From IMG/VR virus record IMGVR_UViG_3300025840_000014: a DNA stretch of 64,000 bases; one strand, written 5' to 3'. Positions 1 to 9,368 of this stretch are shown here, piece by piece. Origin of the DNA: an uncultured virus (IMG/VR IMGVR_UViG_3300025840_000014) (Duplodnaviria > Heunggongvirae > Uroviricota > Caudoviricetes). Both the position numbers and the translations under genes were made by a program. The notes below the pieces were generated by a model. It was not told the origin of the DNA and did no database searches. It was given only the letters and a program-made list of their open reading frames with translations. Each line of letters begins with the position of its first letter. Position 1 is the stretch's first letter.

Positions 1-1056
1 GAAAGCGTCACAATATCTGCGGTAAAACCCCCATTCGCCGCCAAACGCATCCACCTGACCGATGATCTGAAGTTGCGGTGCGTACTCGGCTGGCCGGTTC
101 GTCACAGGAGTACCCGTAAGCAAGATCACCGGGACGTCGGGCCCGGCAGCCTTCGTGATTGCTTTCGCCGCTTTGGTTCGCTGCGAGTCACGGCTCTTAC
201 AGTAGTGAGATTCATCAAAAACGTACCCGTTGTGACCTTTGAGCAGATCCTTCCAATGGTGGATGTTGGAGTAGCCGACAACCAGCACCTCGCTGAACTC
301 TGGGAACTCTTTGCGGTCCACAACAATCTGGACGTCCCGGTGCGGCAGCCAACGATTCCACTCTTTCTTCCAGTTCAGGATCAACGATGGAGGACAGACG
401 ATGACGCAGGGGTAGGCGTGTTGGACTTCGACTGCTGCGATTGCTTGAATGGTTTTCCCCAACCCCATCTCGTCGGCAATGAATCCTTTTTTGACCGTTG
501 AGATGTATTCGACTCCGGCTTTCTGGTAGGGCAACAGTTCGCCTTGGAATCCGGGGATGTTGACCTCGGCGTCCGTTGAGCGGGACTTCTCGATCAGGCT
601 GCTGGAGGTTTCGGTGGTTGAGGTGTATGCGTCTCGGACTTCGGGGGAGATTTCGATGTCGAATCGTTCTCCGAAGGTGATTGCCGCATCACCGGATGTG
701 ATCGGTGCCAGCCATTCTTTGCTGTCGGGCGACCATGTGACTCCGGGGATCTGCTTGACTGAGCGGATCCGCACACGTTCGTACGGAAACTTGATACAAA
801 TCCAGTTTTCTCGAAGGATGATGTGTTCTGCTGCGGCGGGTGGTTCGGGCAAAGTGATGAGAGCGACTTCCTCTGTCATCTCGTACCCGTACTGGTTTAT
901 GAAGTCCCGGGCGGCCCGTACCTCGGCGACTGGGATTTCCCAAAGTTTCGAGCGTTTGTTCCATTTTGCGCCACGAATCTTTTTGATGGCGGTGACTTCT
1001 TCGAGAACGTAAGGGGTGTCGACAAGGAGCATGTCGGTGTCTAGCCACAGGTTCAC
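1..1056 (-). CDS. SNF2/SWI2-family helicase (HARP/SMARCAL1-like), 3' end runs off the window
   Basis: Missing from the ORF track because there is no stop in the window. Manual translation from GTG 1056 gives LLPYQKAG, FIADEMGLGKTIQA (Walker A), VFDESH (Walker B) and LLTGTPVTNRP (motif III). Confidence 0.9.
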   Translation of the reverse strand, partial: MNLWLDTDMLLVDTPYVLEEVTAIKKIRGAKWNKRSKLWEIPVAEVRAARDFINQYGYEMTEEVALITLPEPPAAAEHIILRENWICIKFPYERVRIRSVKQIPGVTWSPDSKEWLAPITSGDAAITFGERFDIEISPEVRDAYTSTTETSSSLIEKSRSTDAEVNIPGFQGELLPYQKAGVEYISTVKKGFIADEMGLGKTIQAIAAVEVQHAYPCVIVCPPSLILNWKKEWNRWLPHRDVQIVVDRKEFPEFSEVLVVGYSNIHHWKDLLKGHNGYVFDESHYCKSRDSQRTKAAKAITKAAGPDVPVILLTGTPVTNRPAEYAPQLQIIGQVDAFGGEWGFYRRYCDAF

Positions 1057-1241
1057 GCTTTTAGTCTAGCCGTAGACAAGGAAGAACCCCCACGTCCTGC
1101 TATCCAAGGGGGAGGAGGAGAGGACGTGAGGGTTGCTTCCGTTGTGGGGGTCATCTGGTGGGGGCCAGATGTCTGTAACCCTAGCATCACAAGTTCACGA
1201 GCGCAACAACTATTGGTCAAAGATTTTTTTTCGCTCTGAGG

Positions 1242-1270
1242 TTGTGTCCCAGACATATAAGTAGTATATT
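1242..1270 (+). promoter_or_regulatory. sigma70-type promoter, probably leaderless
   Basis: TTGTGT-17 nt-TATATT, ending 7 nt before ATG 1278. Confidence 0.55.
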
Positions 1271-1277
1271 ACTAGAC

Positions 1278-1526
1278 ATGAAGAAACCCCAAAAAGGCGA
1301 CATCGTCGCAACCACAATCCACGGCAACATCATTCAGGTCTGGTTCCAAAGCCCGACCGGAGACAGTAGCGACGTACAGATTTTCAATCTTGAGTGCGTC
1401 TCATACAATCAGGCAGTTGCCATCGCAAACAACATCAACGCCACGAACGGCATCGAAGTTCTCCACTTGGACTGTCTCAACGACGAGTTGGTCTACAGCG
1501 AAGACCTTGACGCTTCAGTAATCTGA
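1278..1526 (+). CDS. hypothetical protein
   Basis: ORF MKKPQKGDIV... with a promoter upstream and a terminator downstream. Confidence 0.65.
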   Translation: MKKPQKGDIVATTIHGNIIQVWFQSPTGDSSDVQIFNLECVSYNQAVAIANNINATNGIEVLHLDCLNDELVYSEDLDASVI

Positions 1527-1548
1527 CCATCCCCGGCTTCCAGCAAGA

Positions 1549-1579
1549 GTCCGTCCCTCACAAGGGGGCGGGCTTTTTG
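1549..1579 (+). terminator. intrinsic terminator
   Basis: GTCCGTCCCT-caca-AGGGGGCGGGC-like stem followed by TTTTT, between convergent genes. Confidence 0.65.
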
Positions 1580-1837
1580 CTATCTACGGGTACGCATCCA
1601 TTCTTCAACGGTCATTTCTGCCGGGGCTAAACCGCAGCGCCAACGCGACTTCTCGGTGTCAGCCAACGCCTTACACTCCGAACATTGAACAATCGGAGGA
1701 AATTCACCGACTTCTGGGTGATCCATCCCCATGTCGATAACCACCCACGAGTGGGAATCCACGTTCGCTGACGCTTCTTCCTCTGAACCTTCGAACTTCG
1801 GCTGGATCTTGATGATCTTGGACCAAAAGCGGGACAT
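1580..1837 (-). CDS. hypothetical protein (CxxC)
   Basis: ORF whose start abuts the upstream gene's stop. Confidence 0.6.
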   Translation of the reverse strand: MSRFWSKIIKIQPKFEGSEEEASANVDSHSWVVIDMGMDHPEVGEFPPIVQCSECKALADTEKSRWRCGLAPAEMTVEEWMRTRR

Positions 1838-2253
1838 CAGGCCTCTGGTTCCGCCGGGAACAACTCGGGGTTATCGGATTGGACGATCTCTTCAACAATC
1901 AACTTCGTGTAACGCTTGCGGAGACGCCAAATCTTCTTGTTTAACTCTTCCATCTTCATGGTGGAGCGAGCCTTGAACGCAATATCGTCATCGAAATACC
2001 CGAACTTGGCAAACATTTCGTCCTGAAGATCTGCTTCGTCGAACAAAATGTCGGTAATCCAGTTCGCCCGACCGTCAATCTTGAGCATCAGGTCCGCGAG
2101 ACCTTCAGTCCCGAACTCGTCGTACACCCGTGAGACCAAAGTGTCGCACAGGTGAGAGCGGTAGACCTGCTCAATATTCATGGAGCCAGACATGAAGTCT
2201 CCGATCATTTCGATCAGATCTTCTCTGGTGATCTCATCCTCGTTCTCGAACAT
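1837..2253 (-). CDS. hypothetical protein
   Basis: 138 aa acidic ORF with AGGGG RBS. Confidence 0.7.
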   Translation of the reverse strand: MFENEDEITREDLIEMIGDFMSGSMNIEQVYRSHLCDTLVSRVYDEFGTEGLADLMLKIDGRANWITDILFDEADLQDEMFAKFGYFDDDIAFKARSTMKMEELNKKIWRLRKRYTKLIVEEIVQSDNPELFPAEPEA

Positions 2254-2300
2254 ATGTACCCCCTAACGAGAGCCGTACATACATTTTGACACAAGAACCA

Positions 2301-3320
2301 TCAGGTAAGCGTTAGGACTGCGTCTTGGGCACGGGCTTTGGCTTTCGTCACCCACGAGTAGTAATCCATTGACGCAGCGGCCCTGTCTTCAGCCCCGGCT
2401 TCGCGGTGGTGATCAAGGTATTCGCCGATTGCGTTGTACGCCGCCCAACCGTTGAACCCGAAGCCGCCAGCATTCTTCTTCGAAATGTACAGCGATCGGA
2501 CGGTCATCTGAAGATTCTCACGATTTTCCCGTTGGATCTTCGTTGCGTCCGACTTCTCAGGGAACACGCTGTCAAAAATCTTGTCGAACTGCCGTGATCC
2601 TGCTGGGACTGGGATCCGAAGCATCCGTTCAGCGGTTTGCTGGAAGTTGCGTGCCCATTCGGTTGAGATCGCAAGAACTTCGCCGGCCTGTTCCAACGCT
2701 GTGTCTTGGTTTCTGGTGTGACGAGCAGTAAAAACGCTTTTCGCCGAGTCCATCGCCATGATTACGGTGTTGAGGCAGACTGCCCGGATCGGCGTGTTTG
2801 CGTAGGTGATCGGGACTTTTCCGTCGTGACCGTTGCGGACGAGGAGGTAGCGTTCGATGCGGTCGTTGACACCTTTCGGGTCGATGACCAGTCCACCCAA
2901 GTTGATGGAGGCGAAGAACTCTTTGCCGTCTCGGAGAACACCGCAGGTTTCTACGACTGCTTCTCCTTTGGATGCGCCCACGACGTCGAGCGCTCGTTGG
3001 AGTGCTTCCCGGTTTTGAGTGGGGACGTATCGTGTGCCGACTGTGGCGAGCCCGTCGAAAGTCCCGTCTGGGTTGCTGCGTACGGTGGCTCGGGAGTTGT
3101 CGATGAGGATTGGTGTCCCATCGGGGTTCAGGATGAACTGGCCGTTGTCGTCTACGGCCGCGACTTTGGTTGTTACGACGTCAAAGTCGGCTTGGGCTGC
3201 TTCCAGCATTTGTTCTGCGGTTGCGAGTCCGTTGAGTTTTGTGCCGAGTTTGTGCCAAGGGATGTCGCCTGCGTAAGCCATCCGGGCTGTTCCATCTGCG
3301 TTGATTTCAATTCCGTGCAT
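2301..3320 (-). CDS. DUF932 / phage-plasmid TIGR03299-like protein
   Basis: PWHKLG, YVPTQN, YLLVRNGHDG, TPIRAVCLNT and WAAYNAIGEYLDH are typical of DUF932. Confidence 0.85.
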   Translation of the reverse strand: MHGIEINADGTARMAYAGDIPWHKLGTKLNGLATAEQMLEAAQADFDVVTTKVAAVDDNGQFILNPDGTPILIDNSRATVRSNPDGTFDGLATVGTRYVPTQNREALQRALDVVGASKGEAVVETCGVLRDGKEFFASINLGGLVIDPKGVNDRIERYLLVRNGHDGKVPITYANTPIRAVCLNTVIMAMDSAKSVFTARHTRNQDTALEQAGEVLAISTEWARNFQQTAERMLRIPVPAGSRQFDKIFDSVFPEKSDATKIQRENRENLQMTVRSLYISKKNAGGFGFNGWAAYNAIGEYLDHHREAGAEDRAAASMDYYSWVTKAKARAQDAVLTLT

Positions 3321-3327
3321 GTGACCC

Positions 3328-3594
3328 TCACTTCTCTTTAGATAAATCTATCACACGTTTGCCATTGACGTAGTTGTACACGGTCACCCGTGAAACACCA
3401 CATGCGTCAGCGATTTTGTTCACCGCTTCGCGGAGTTCGAGAGCCCCGAGGTCGATGAACATCCGGATGCAGTAGCGGCGTTCTTCGATCGTCAGTTTTG
3501 ACAGATCGTTAGTCAGCATCCGTCGTCGAACCTCGTCATGGAGGTGGTCGAACGCACCGTGCAGGGTGTGAAGTGGTTCTCTGAGTCCGTGCAT
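3328..3594 (-). CDS. HTH DNA-binding protein (YheO/HTH_22-like)
   Basis: GALELREAVNKIADACGVSRVTVYNYV HTH; TAACCT 6 nt before the ATG. Confidence 0.7.
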   Translation of the reverse strand: MHGLREPLHTLHGAFDHLHDEVRRRMLTNDLSKLTIEERRYCIRMFIDLGALELREAVNKIADACGVSRVTVYNYVNGKRVIDLSKEK

Positions 3595-3625
3595 GTCCAC
3601 AGGTTACCGCGATATTGACAGAACG

Positions 3626-4819
3626 TCAACGTACGATCGCTGTGGCTTTCGGTTTTGTCAAGAACGGAGCGTCCTCAGGGCCACGAACGTGGGGTGCGAT
3701 CCAAATCAACCTGTGTGCATCTGGGTCATCAGACGGGCCGAGCGACGGATACCACTGGTTGCGAGCGTGACCACGAACAAGTACCCGATGGTCAAGACGA
3801 CAGCCCTCACCCGTGCCATCGCTGGCGTGACGAGCACGACGAAGTTTGAGGATCGTGATCGGCTCTTTGAGACCAGTCAGCCTCTGTGCTTGACGACGAG
3901 TCGCCCGATTCACTTCCTCGGGGGTATCTCTGACGAGGAGTTCCTGCCAGACGAACCTGAACAACGCAACCATGAACCTGCGAACCATGCCGGAATCCTC
4001 GGAGCAGATAGTCCCGTCCGCCGAGTCCGCCAACCGAATGATCTGTTCTGCCGTATCGTCTTCTCTGGCCGTTCTCCACGCCGAGCCGAACGCCCATGCC
4101 GTGCTGTCCAAGAGCATGAGGCTGGTGTCCGGAATCAAGTCGTCGATCTGCTCTCCAACACCCGTGATGTACCTGAAGCATCCAGCGTCGGTGTACAGGT
4201 ACATGAACATCCCGTCAATGGGGCGAAGGGTGCCGTCTGGGTCTTTGGTCATTACTTGGTCGGACCTTGCCCACGAGATGGCTCTGACGCCAACCATTTC
4301 GGCTTCGGGGTTCTTGTAGAACTCGCCCGTTTCCTCGTTGACATTGGTGGTGGTGACAGCGGTGACGAGAGGCTTCTCTAGGTACACGATTCCGCTGGGG
4401 GCGAACATGTCTGAGGCGTACAGTTTTTCGCCGTCGAACTCCTCGGATGCGATGGAGAGCATGTCGATCATGTCGCTAGACACGAATGTGGTCGGCTCTG
4501 CTGTGAGCGCGTACTCCTCCATGATGCAAGCCATCGTGGCGTACATGACCTGCTCGGCGGGTGAGCCATGGTCAAAGGTGTCATGGAAGTACCCGCGTCT
4601 GTGGATTGCCCAATGTTCCTTGAGCGGTCCACTCTGGGCTGTAGATGCGGGTGGGGCAGCGCGACCGGAGAGGATCTTTTTTACGGTGCTGTCGCTGAGG
4701 CTTAAGGCCTTCGGGCGGTCAGGCTCGTGGGGGAGCCAACGCAAGCAACGGTCGACTGCTTCCAGACGTTCGATGTGGTTGTGTACGGCTTTGCCGACAC
4801 GAACTGTCAATGCCTCCAT
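3626..4819 (-). CDS. hypothetical phage protein
   Basis: 397 aa ORF with C-terminal HRVLVRGHARNQW...WIAPHVRGP motif. Confidence 0.75.
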   Translation of the reverse strand: MEALTVRVGKAVHNHIERLEAVDRCLRWLPHEPDRPKALSLSDSTVKKILSGRAAPPASTAQSGPLKEHWAIHRRGYFHDTFDHGSPAEQVMYATMACIMEEYALTAEPTTFVSSDMIDMLSIASEEFDGEKLYASDMFAPSGIVYLEKPLVTAVTTTNVNEETGEFYKNPEAEMVGVRAISWARSDQVMTKDPDGTLRPIDGMFMYLYTDAGCFRYITGVGEQIDDLIPDTSLMLLDSTAWAFGSAWRTAREDDTAEQIIRLADSADGTICSEDSGMVRRFMVALFRFVWQELLVRDTPEEVNRATRRQAQRLTGLKEPITILKLRRARHASDGTGEGCRLDHRVLVRGHARNQWYPSLGPSDDPDAHRLIWIAPHVRGPEDAPFLTKPKATAIVR

Positions 4820-4873
4820 GACATGAAGGCTAACCCTTATTGGTCACAGAAACAACTTTGTGAAAAAATTCCT

Positions 4874-5560
4874 TTACGGGAACCACGGTTGCCAGCCAGA
4901 GTTGCCCCAAATCGCCAACCCGGCGGACAAAACAACACGGGGCTCGTACAACTCGTCACACGAATCAAGAACCCCATGCGACTGCAACCACCCGTCAGGC
5001 CAGTACTTCGTCGACTTACACCAAAACTGGTTGATCTGCATCAAACCGTTGGAACCACCCATCGGGTCGTCAGGATTGTGCTGTGTCGGGTCACACCGCG
5101 ACTCACGATAAATCGTGTACGACAGCCGAGACAGTTCCTCCTCCGGCCAGCCAACCTCACGAGCCAAGTCCATCCACTCGTCGCATCTCCAGTCAGGACG
5201 GGACTGCGACCACGACGTCACCCGTGGAACAGTTGTTGTGGGCGCTGGGGTGATTCGATCTGGGTCGTTGAGAACCGCGTCAAAGTTCGGATCCAGCGTG
5301 ATCCCTTCAGGCAACTTCGGCACCTGCGGGATGCGCTCCTCCGAATCATGGGTGTCGTGCCATGCCGGTTCGACGTACAGCGGATCGTTGGTGGCCCAGA
5401 CGCCGCTCGACGGCCCCGGTGTTACCGTGGCGATTGGGTGGTCTGGACGAGCGATTTCGTAGTCGGCTTCGGTTCTGGAGCCTGCGCTGACTCCGGTGAT
5501 GACGCCGATGCAGGCGAGCCATGTGATGGCTTTGCCGGCCAGAGATAAAGGAATAGCCAT
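4874..5560 (-). CDS. secreted lytic transglycosylase (SLT domain)
   Basis: N-terminal hydrophobic signal, YRESRCDP (catalytic Glu), GLMQIN, GWQPW. Confidence 0.8.
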   Translation of the reverse strand: MAIPLSLAGKAITWLACIGVITGVSAGSRTEADYEIARPDHPIATVTPGPSSGVWATNDPLYVEPAWHDTHDSEERIPQVPKLPEGITLDPNFDAVLNDPDRITPAPTTTVPRVTSWSQSRPDWRCDEWMDLAREVGWPEEELSRLSYTIYRESRCDPTQHNPDDPMGGSNGLMQINQFWCKSTKYWPDGWLQSHGVLDSCDELYEPRVVLSAGLAIWGNSGWQPWFP

Positions 5561-5625
5561 AGCGGACTCCTTGAGAGGGGGCAGATGGTCCCTCTATGTT
5601 ACCAAACGATTACGAAATGCGTCGG

Positions 5626-5934
5626 TCAGTCAAGATTTTCTGCGACTTCTGGGGCTTGGGTGTAATCCAACAACCAGTCACCCAAGTCAATCTCGTCCTT
5701 CGGCGTGATGAGAACAACGAGTTGCCCGTCTTCCTCGGCAAGGGTCTGGTCGGCCGGGATCTCCAACTCCAATGAGTCGATAATCACACCCGCGATCATC
5801 TCGCAGGCCTCTCGATACTTCTCCAACGTGTCGGCGTCCGGCTCCTCACCACCGAAATCGGCGGTAAAGACGTCAAGGTTCACCAAATGTTCGAAAATTT
5901 TGATGGCGTGTTGCTGTGCTTCTTCTGGGGTCAT
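5626..5934 (-). CDS. hypothetical acidic protein
   Basis: ORF with TACATT 7 nt before the ATG. Confidence 0.65.
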   Translation of the reverse strand: MTPEEAQQHAIKIFEHLVNLDVFTADFGGEEPDADTLEKYREACEMIAGVIIDSLELEIPADQTLAEEDGQLVVLITPKDEIDLGDWLLDYTQAPEVAENLD

Positions 5935-6063
5935 AGCCGTCAATGTAATCCTTAAAAAAGATTTCGGCAACCCGCCCGGTTGTCACACCCACCTGATACG
6001 ATGACGAACGACACAAACCCGTGTCACCCGTATCGAGGGCATGCCCTCGGAAGGAAGGCAATC

Positions 6064-6495
6064 ATGGCAGGATCAGAAACCACGTTGATCGGGAACGTCA
6101 CCAACGAACCCGAACTCAAGTACACCGCACAGGGGGCCGCGCGACTCGCGTTCTCCATCGCTGTGAACCACTACTGGACTGATGCTGACGGCGAGAAGCA
6201 GGAGCGCACCTCCTTCTTCAACGTCACAGCATGGCGGTACCTCGCAGAGGACGCAGCCGCAGTTCTGGAAAAGGGAATCGGCGTCATCGTGCAGGGACGT
6301 CTTGAGCAGCGCACATGGGACGACGATGAGGGGAACAAGCGTTCCACGATCGACGTTCTCGCCAACAACATTGGTGTTCAGGCACGTTCAATTGAGTCGT
6401 TGGAGCGCAAGCGCCGCGACAGCAGCGGATCAGCCCCGGCGGCGAAGGCAACTTCACCTCGGAAGAAGGCTGAACCCGCAGGCGAACCGTTCTGA
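6064..6495 (+). CDS. ssb: single-stranded DNA-binding protein
   Basis: TLIGNVTNEPELKYT, FFNVTAWR, VIVQGRLEQRTW, C-terminal EPF. Confidence 0.92.
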   Translation: MAGSETTLIGNVTNEPELKYTAQGAARLAFSIAVNHYWTDADGEKQERTSFFNVTAWRYLAEDAAAVLEKGIGVIVQGRLEQRTWDDDEGNKRSTIDVLANNIGVQARSIESLERKRRDSSGSAPAAKATSPRKKAEPAGEPF

Positions 6496-6511
6496 TACAA
6501 TCCGCTTGAGG

Positions 6512-6553
6512 AAACCCCGGTTGGAGGGAAATGGGAAGCCAACCGGGGTTTTC
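6512..6553 (+). terminator. long stem-loop downstream of ssb
   Basis: AAACCCCGGTTGG...CCAACCGGGGTTT 13-bp inverted repeat. Confidence 0.55.
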
Positions 6554-6589
6554 CCCTTTCTACAGCAAGGTTTGTCGTAGACTTGACGC

Positions 6590-7216
6590 ATGAGCGACGA
6601 CTCGAAAGCCTTGACACGCGAATTTTTGGCTGAACGCGACCTCCGCATCTTCAAAATGCGGCAGGCAGGCATCACAACCAACGAAATCGCCCGCAGATTC
6701 GGTGTGTCAACCTCGGTCGTGTCAAAAGCGATCTCCCGACAGTTAGAAAAGATGAATCGGGAAGCGTTGAACGCCTACCCGGAAGTTCTCCGCATGGAAC
6801 TTGAACGACTGGACGCTCTCCAAGCCGCAATCTGGCCAATGACGCAACATCGACGAGTAACGATGGACGACGGCCAAGAAGTATCGGTCGAACCCGACAT
6901 GAAAGCCATCCAACAGGTGTTGAGCATCATGGACAGACGTTCAAAACTGTTGGGCATGGAACAATCCAACCTTTCGATCCAAATGGACGTGTCCACAGAC
7001 ACCGCAACCCCAATCCGGGTCACGATGGCTGGAGAACTCGAAGGCGGGGCCGCCGCAGTCGACGCATTCGACCCGGCAGAAGAAGCCAAACAGTTGCTGG
7101 AACTCATGGCTCGATCTGGTGTCCTCCCAGAAGAAGATGTCCAGAAAATGCTCGGCACAGGTGAAGAAGTTGTCGAAGCAGACATCGTAGAGGAGTATGA
7201 TGACACCCATGAGTGA
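6590..7216 (+). CDS. HTH protein, possible terminase small subunit
   Basis: N-terminal HTH TTNEIARRFGVSTSVVSKAI, then ELERLDAL...RSKLLG helices; the TerS role is inference only. Confidence 0.6.
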   Translation: MSDDSKALTREFLAERDLRIFKMRQAGITTNEIARRFGVSTSVVSKAISRQLEKMNREALNAYPEVLRMELERLDALQAAIWPMTQHRRVTMDDGQEVSVEPDMKAIQQVLSIMDRRSKLLGMEQSNLSIQMDVSTDTATPIRVTMAGELEGGAAAVDAFDPAEEAKQLLELMARSGVLPEEDVQKMLGTGEEVVEADIVEEYDDTHE

Positions 7217-7538
7217 CGAAACCGTTGACAACGTAGAGCAGGCGATGGATGCGATCGCTGAAGATCTCGATATGACAATCGCAACCAAACCACCGACCGA
7301 TGACGACCAAGAAGGCGTAAACGCCGACAAACAGATCCTCATCCGAGCCACCCGTGGCGAACATGAGCGTTGGAAGCGTGCCGCCGAAGTCCAAAACACG
7401 TCCATGTCGCAACTTGTCCGAGATCTCGTCAACGCACACGTACAAGGCGTACTCGACTGCCCTCACCCGCCCGAATATCGCAAAAGTTACCCGTGGGCCG
7501 AGTTCTGCCGGAAATGCGACACCCGTCTACGAGGCTGA
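7209..7538 (+). CDS. ribbon-helix-helix-like protein with C-terminal Zn motif
   Basis: ILIR...WKRAAE...SMSQLVRDLV; CPHP...CRKC. Confidence 0.6.
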   Translation: MSDETVDNVEQAMDAIAEDLDMTIATKPPTDDDQEGVNADKQILIRATRGEHERWKRAAEVQNTSMSQLVRDLVNAHVQGVLDCPHPPEYRKSYPWAEFCRKCDTRLRG

Positions 7539-7542
7539 GCCC

Positions 7543-8184
7543 GTGGACATCGAGTTCGACCTCGAAACTGACGGTTTCGCGATAACACGGGGCTTGATCC
7601 CGCCGCATGCGATCGACGAGTACCTCGAAGGCGCATACGCCGGCCTTTCCGAAGCACAAAAGGACAATTTGGCGTTCCAAAGCCACCCGTGGGTCCGTTC
7701 CGTCCTGTGCCACCACGAAATCAACCGTTTTGCCGCACATTGGCGTCTCAACCTCGCGTTACATTCATGCCTGTTGAAACAAGTCGATATTGGGCTTCCA
7801 TGGCACTGCGATCTGCTTGCCGGTGAACGACATTGGGGTATTTGGGTCGCTTTGGGCCCCATCACGAAAGAAAACGGCCCGTTTCAGATCATTCCGGGCT
7901 CCCACCTGTGGGATTTCGACAGATCCGACTCTGGGCTGTCCCCCGAAAACATGGAAATCTCCCCGACGGTTGACAACATCATCGACGAGTACGGTGCACC
8001 TCACCCCGAGTTCTTCATCGCTGAAGCCGGTGACGTCCTCATCTGGGACACGTTCTGCATACATGGGGCGATGAAACCGTTAGATCCGACGACACGACGC
8101 ACAGCAGCGATCGGGCACTACGCCGAACACCCCATGGCAGTCACGGATTGTGACGATGGTGTCAGATGGGTGATGGAACGCTAG
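7543..8184 (+). CDS. phytanoyl-CoA dioxygenase (PhyH) family Fe(II)/2OG oxygenase
   Basis: WHCD, WVALGPIT-ENGP-IIPGSH, AGDVLIW...HG, R. Confidence 0.85.
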   Translation: MDIEFDLETDGFAITRGLIPPHAIDEYLEGAYAGLSEAQKDNLAFQSHPWVRSVLCHHEINRFAAHWRLNLALHSCLLKQVDIGLPWHCDLLAGERHWGIWVALGPITKENGPFQIIPGSHLWDFDRSDSGLSPENMEISPTVDNIIDEYGAPHPEFFIAEAGDVLIWDTFCIHGAMKPLDPTTRRTAAIGHYAEHPMAVTDCDDGVRWVMER

Positions 8185-8194
8185 AGTTACCAGC

Positions 8195-8656
8195 ATGTTG
8201 ACTTATCACGAACGTACAGACTTCTTCACGTTCCCTGCTGGAGCCCGAGCACACGGTGTGAACACCCGTGGCGTCGGAGGCGGTTTAGCAGCAGACGTGT
8301 TCGCCCTACTGCCCGAAATGGAGACCGTCTACAAGTTTGCGTGTAACGCCGGCACATTAGAGCCCGGAGACAGCCTCCCCTACAAGGCCGATGACGGCAC
8401 ATGGTGGTACAACGTCGCTTCACAACGCGATCCGGGCCCTGACGCAACCGTCGAATGGATCATCTCTGGTCTACAGAAAGCCGTTGACCACGCCCAAGAA
8501 CAAGGTGTCGCCACGATGACCATCCCCTGCATTGGGGCCGGTATCGGTGGTCTCCTATGGGGCGACGTCCGTGCAGCACTGTACGACACGTTCACAGATG
8601 GCCTGTTCCACCTACAGGTCGTGACACGAGGCCGGTTCTCCGACTACGATTCATAG
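8195..8656 (+). CDS. macro domain protein (Poa1p/TARG1/DarG-like ADP-ribose hydrolase)
   Basis: AHGVNTRGVGGGLA and IPCIGAGIGGLLW macro motifs. Confidence 0.85.
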   Translation: MLTYHERTDFFTFPAGARAHGVNTRGVGGGLAADVFALLPEMETVYKFACNAGTLEPGDSLPYKADDGTWWYNVASQRDPGPDATVEWIISGLQKAVDHAQEQGVATMTIPCIGAGIGGLLWGDVRAALYDTFTDGLFHLQVVTRGRFSDYDS

Positions 8657-8658
8657 GT

Positions 8659-8850
8659 ATGGAACCCGTAGACGTCTTGCGTGAACTTGGCTCTGACGCC
8701 GAACGCCTGTTCCCACACATCGAGCAACTGGCCGAATGGGCTGCATCCACAGAGAACGAAGAGGTGATCTCAAATGTTCAGGAAGTCGCAACGTACTTCG
8801 CGTGGGTCCGACAGTCCGTCCTCGCCTTCGCATTCGACAGTAGCCGCTGA
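8659..8850 (+). CDS. hypothetical protein
   Basis: MEPVDVLRELG... directly after the macro gene. Confidence 0.55.
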   Translation: MEPVDVLRELGSDAERLFPHIEQLAEWAASTENEEVISNVQEVATYFAWVRQSVLAFAFDSSR

Positions 8851-8977
8851 ACGGTACGCCACCTGCCTGCAGTGTGACCGTCTCCGCAAAGCCCTACGCC
8901 AATGCAAGGAATGCGGCTGCTTCATGCCCGTGAAGGTCCAGATCCCCAACGTGTCCTGCCCTCTCGGCAAATGGTAG
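8774..8977 (+). CDS. small Cys-rich protein (DUF6171-like)
   Basis: RYATCLQC...QCKECGCFM.VK...SCPLGKW; start uncertain because it overlaps the previous ORF. Confidence 0.7.
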   Translation: MFRKSQRTSRGSDSPSSPSHSTVAAERYATCLQCDRLRKALRQCKECGCFMPVKVQIPNVSCPLGKW

Positions 8978-8982
8978 AAGTC

Positions 8983-9057
8983 GTGCAACTCCTGTTCGGC
9001 ATCGTCTGTGTGTACGCCGGTGTAGCCATCCTGTTCTGGCTACTGGACAACCTCTAG
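8983..9057 (+). CDS. putative 24-aa membrane peptide
   Basis: GTG start, MQLLFGIVCVYAGVAILFWLLDNL; fills the gap between genes. Confidence 0.3.
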   Translation: MQLLFGIVCVYAGVAILFWLLDNL

Positions 9058-9368
9058 GGGAGACGCCACCTACTAGGTGACCCGTGGACGGCTGCGTCCA
9101 AAGCGGCCCTCACGTACTCCTCAACGGCATCATGTGTGATCCGTTCCGCTTCCTCACCAGAGAACACAGCCAACTCTTCGCCTGCACGTGTCTGCACCAC
9201 GATCGTGTGGTCAGCCGCCTCACGTAGCCTGACCATCTCGTCAGCGATCTGACGTAACAGGGTGGAGGTCACGTCTACACGTACATGGCCTGCGTCGATC
9301 ACGTCAGCCAACACACGGCACGTCTCAACCAGATCGTCGTCTTCAGGTTCGTACTGTGACTCGCTCAT
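9054..9368 (-). CDS. hypothetical protein
   Basis: ORF in series with the next gene. Confidence 0.55.
   Translation of the reverse strand: MSESQYEPEDDDLVETCRVLADVIDAGHVRVDVTSTLLRQIADEMVRLREAADHTIVVQTRAGEELAVFSGEEAERITHDAVEEYVRAALDAAVHGSPSRWRLP

Noticed and set aside
73..1048. Track ORFs in this region
   Set aside because: Shadows of the SNF2 helicase frame, which the track missed
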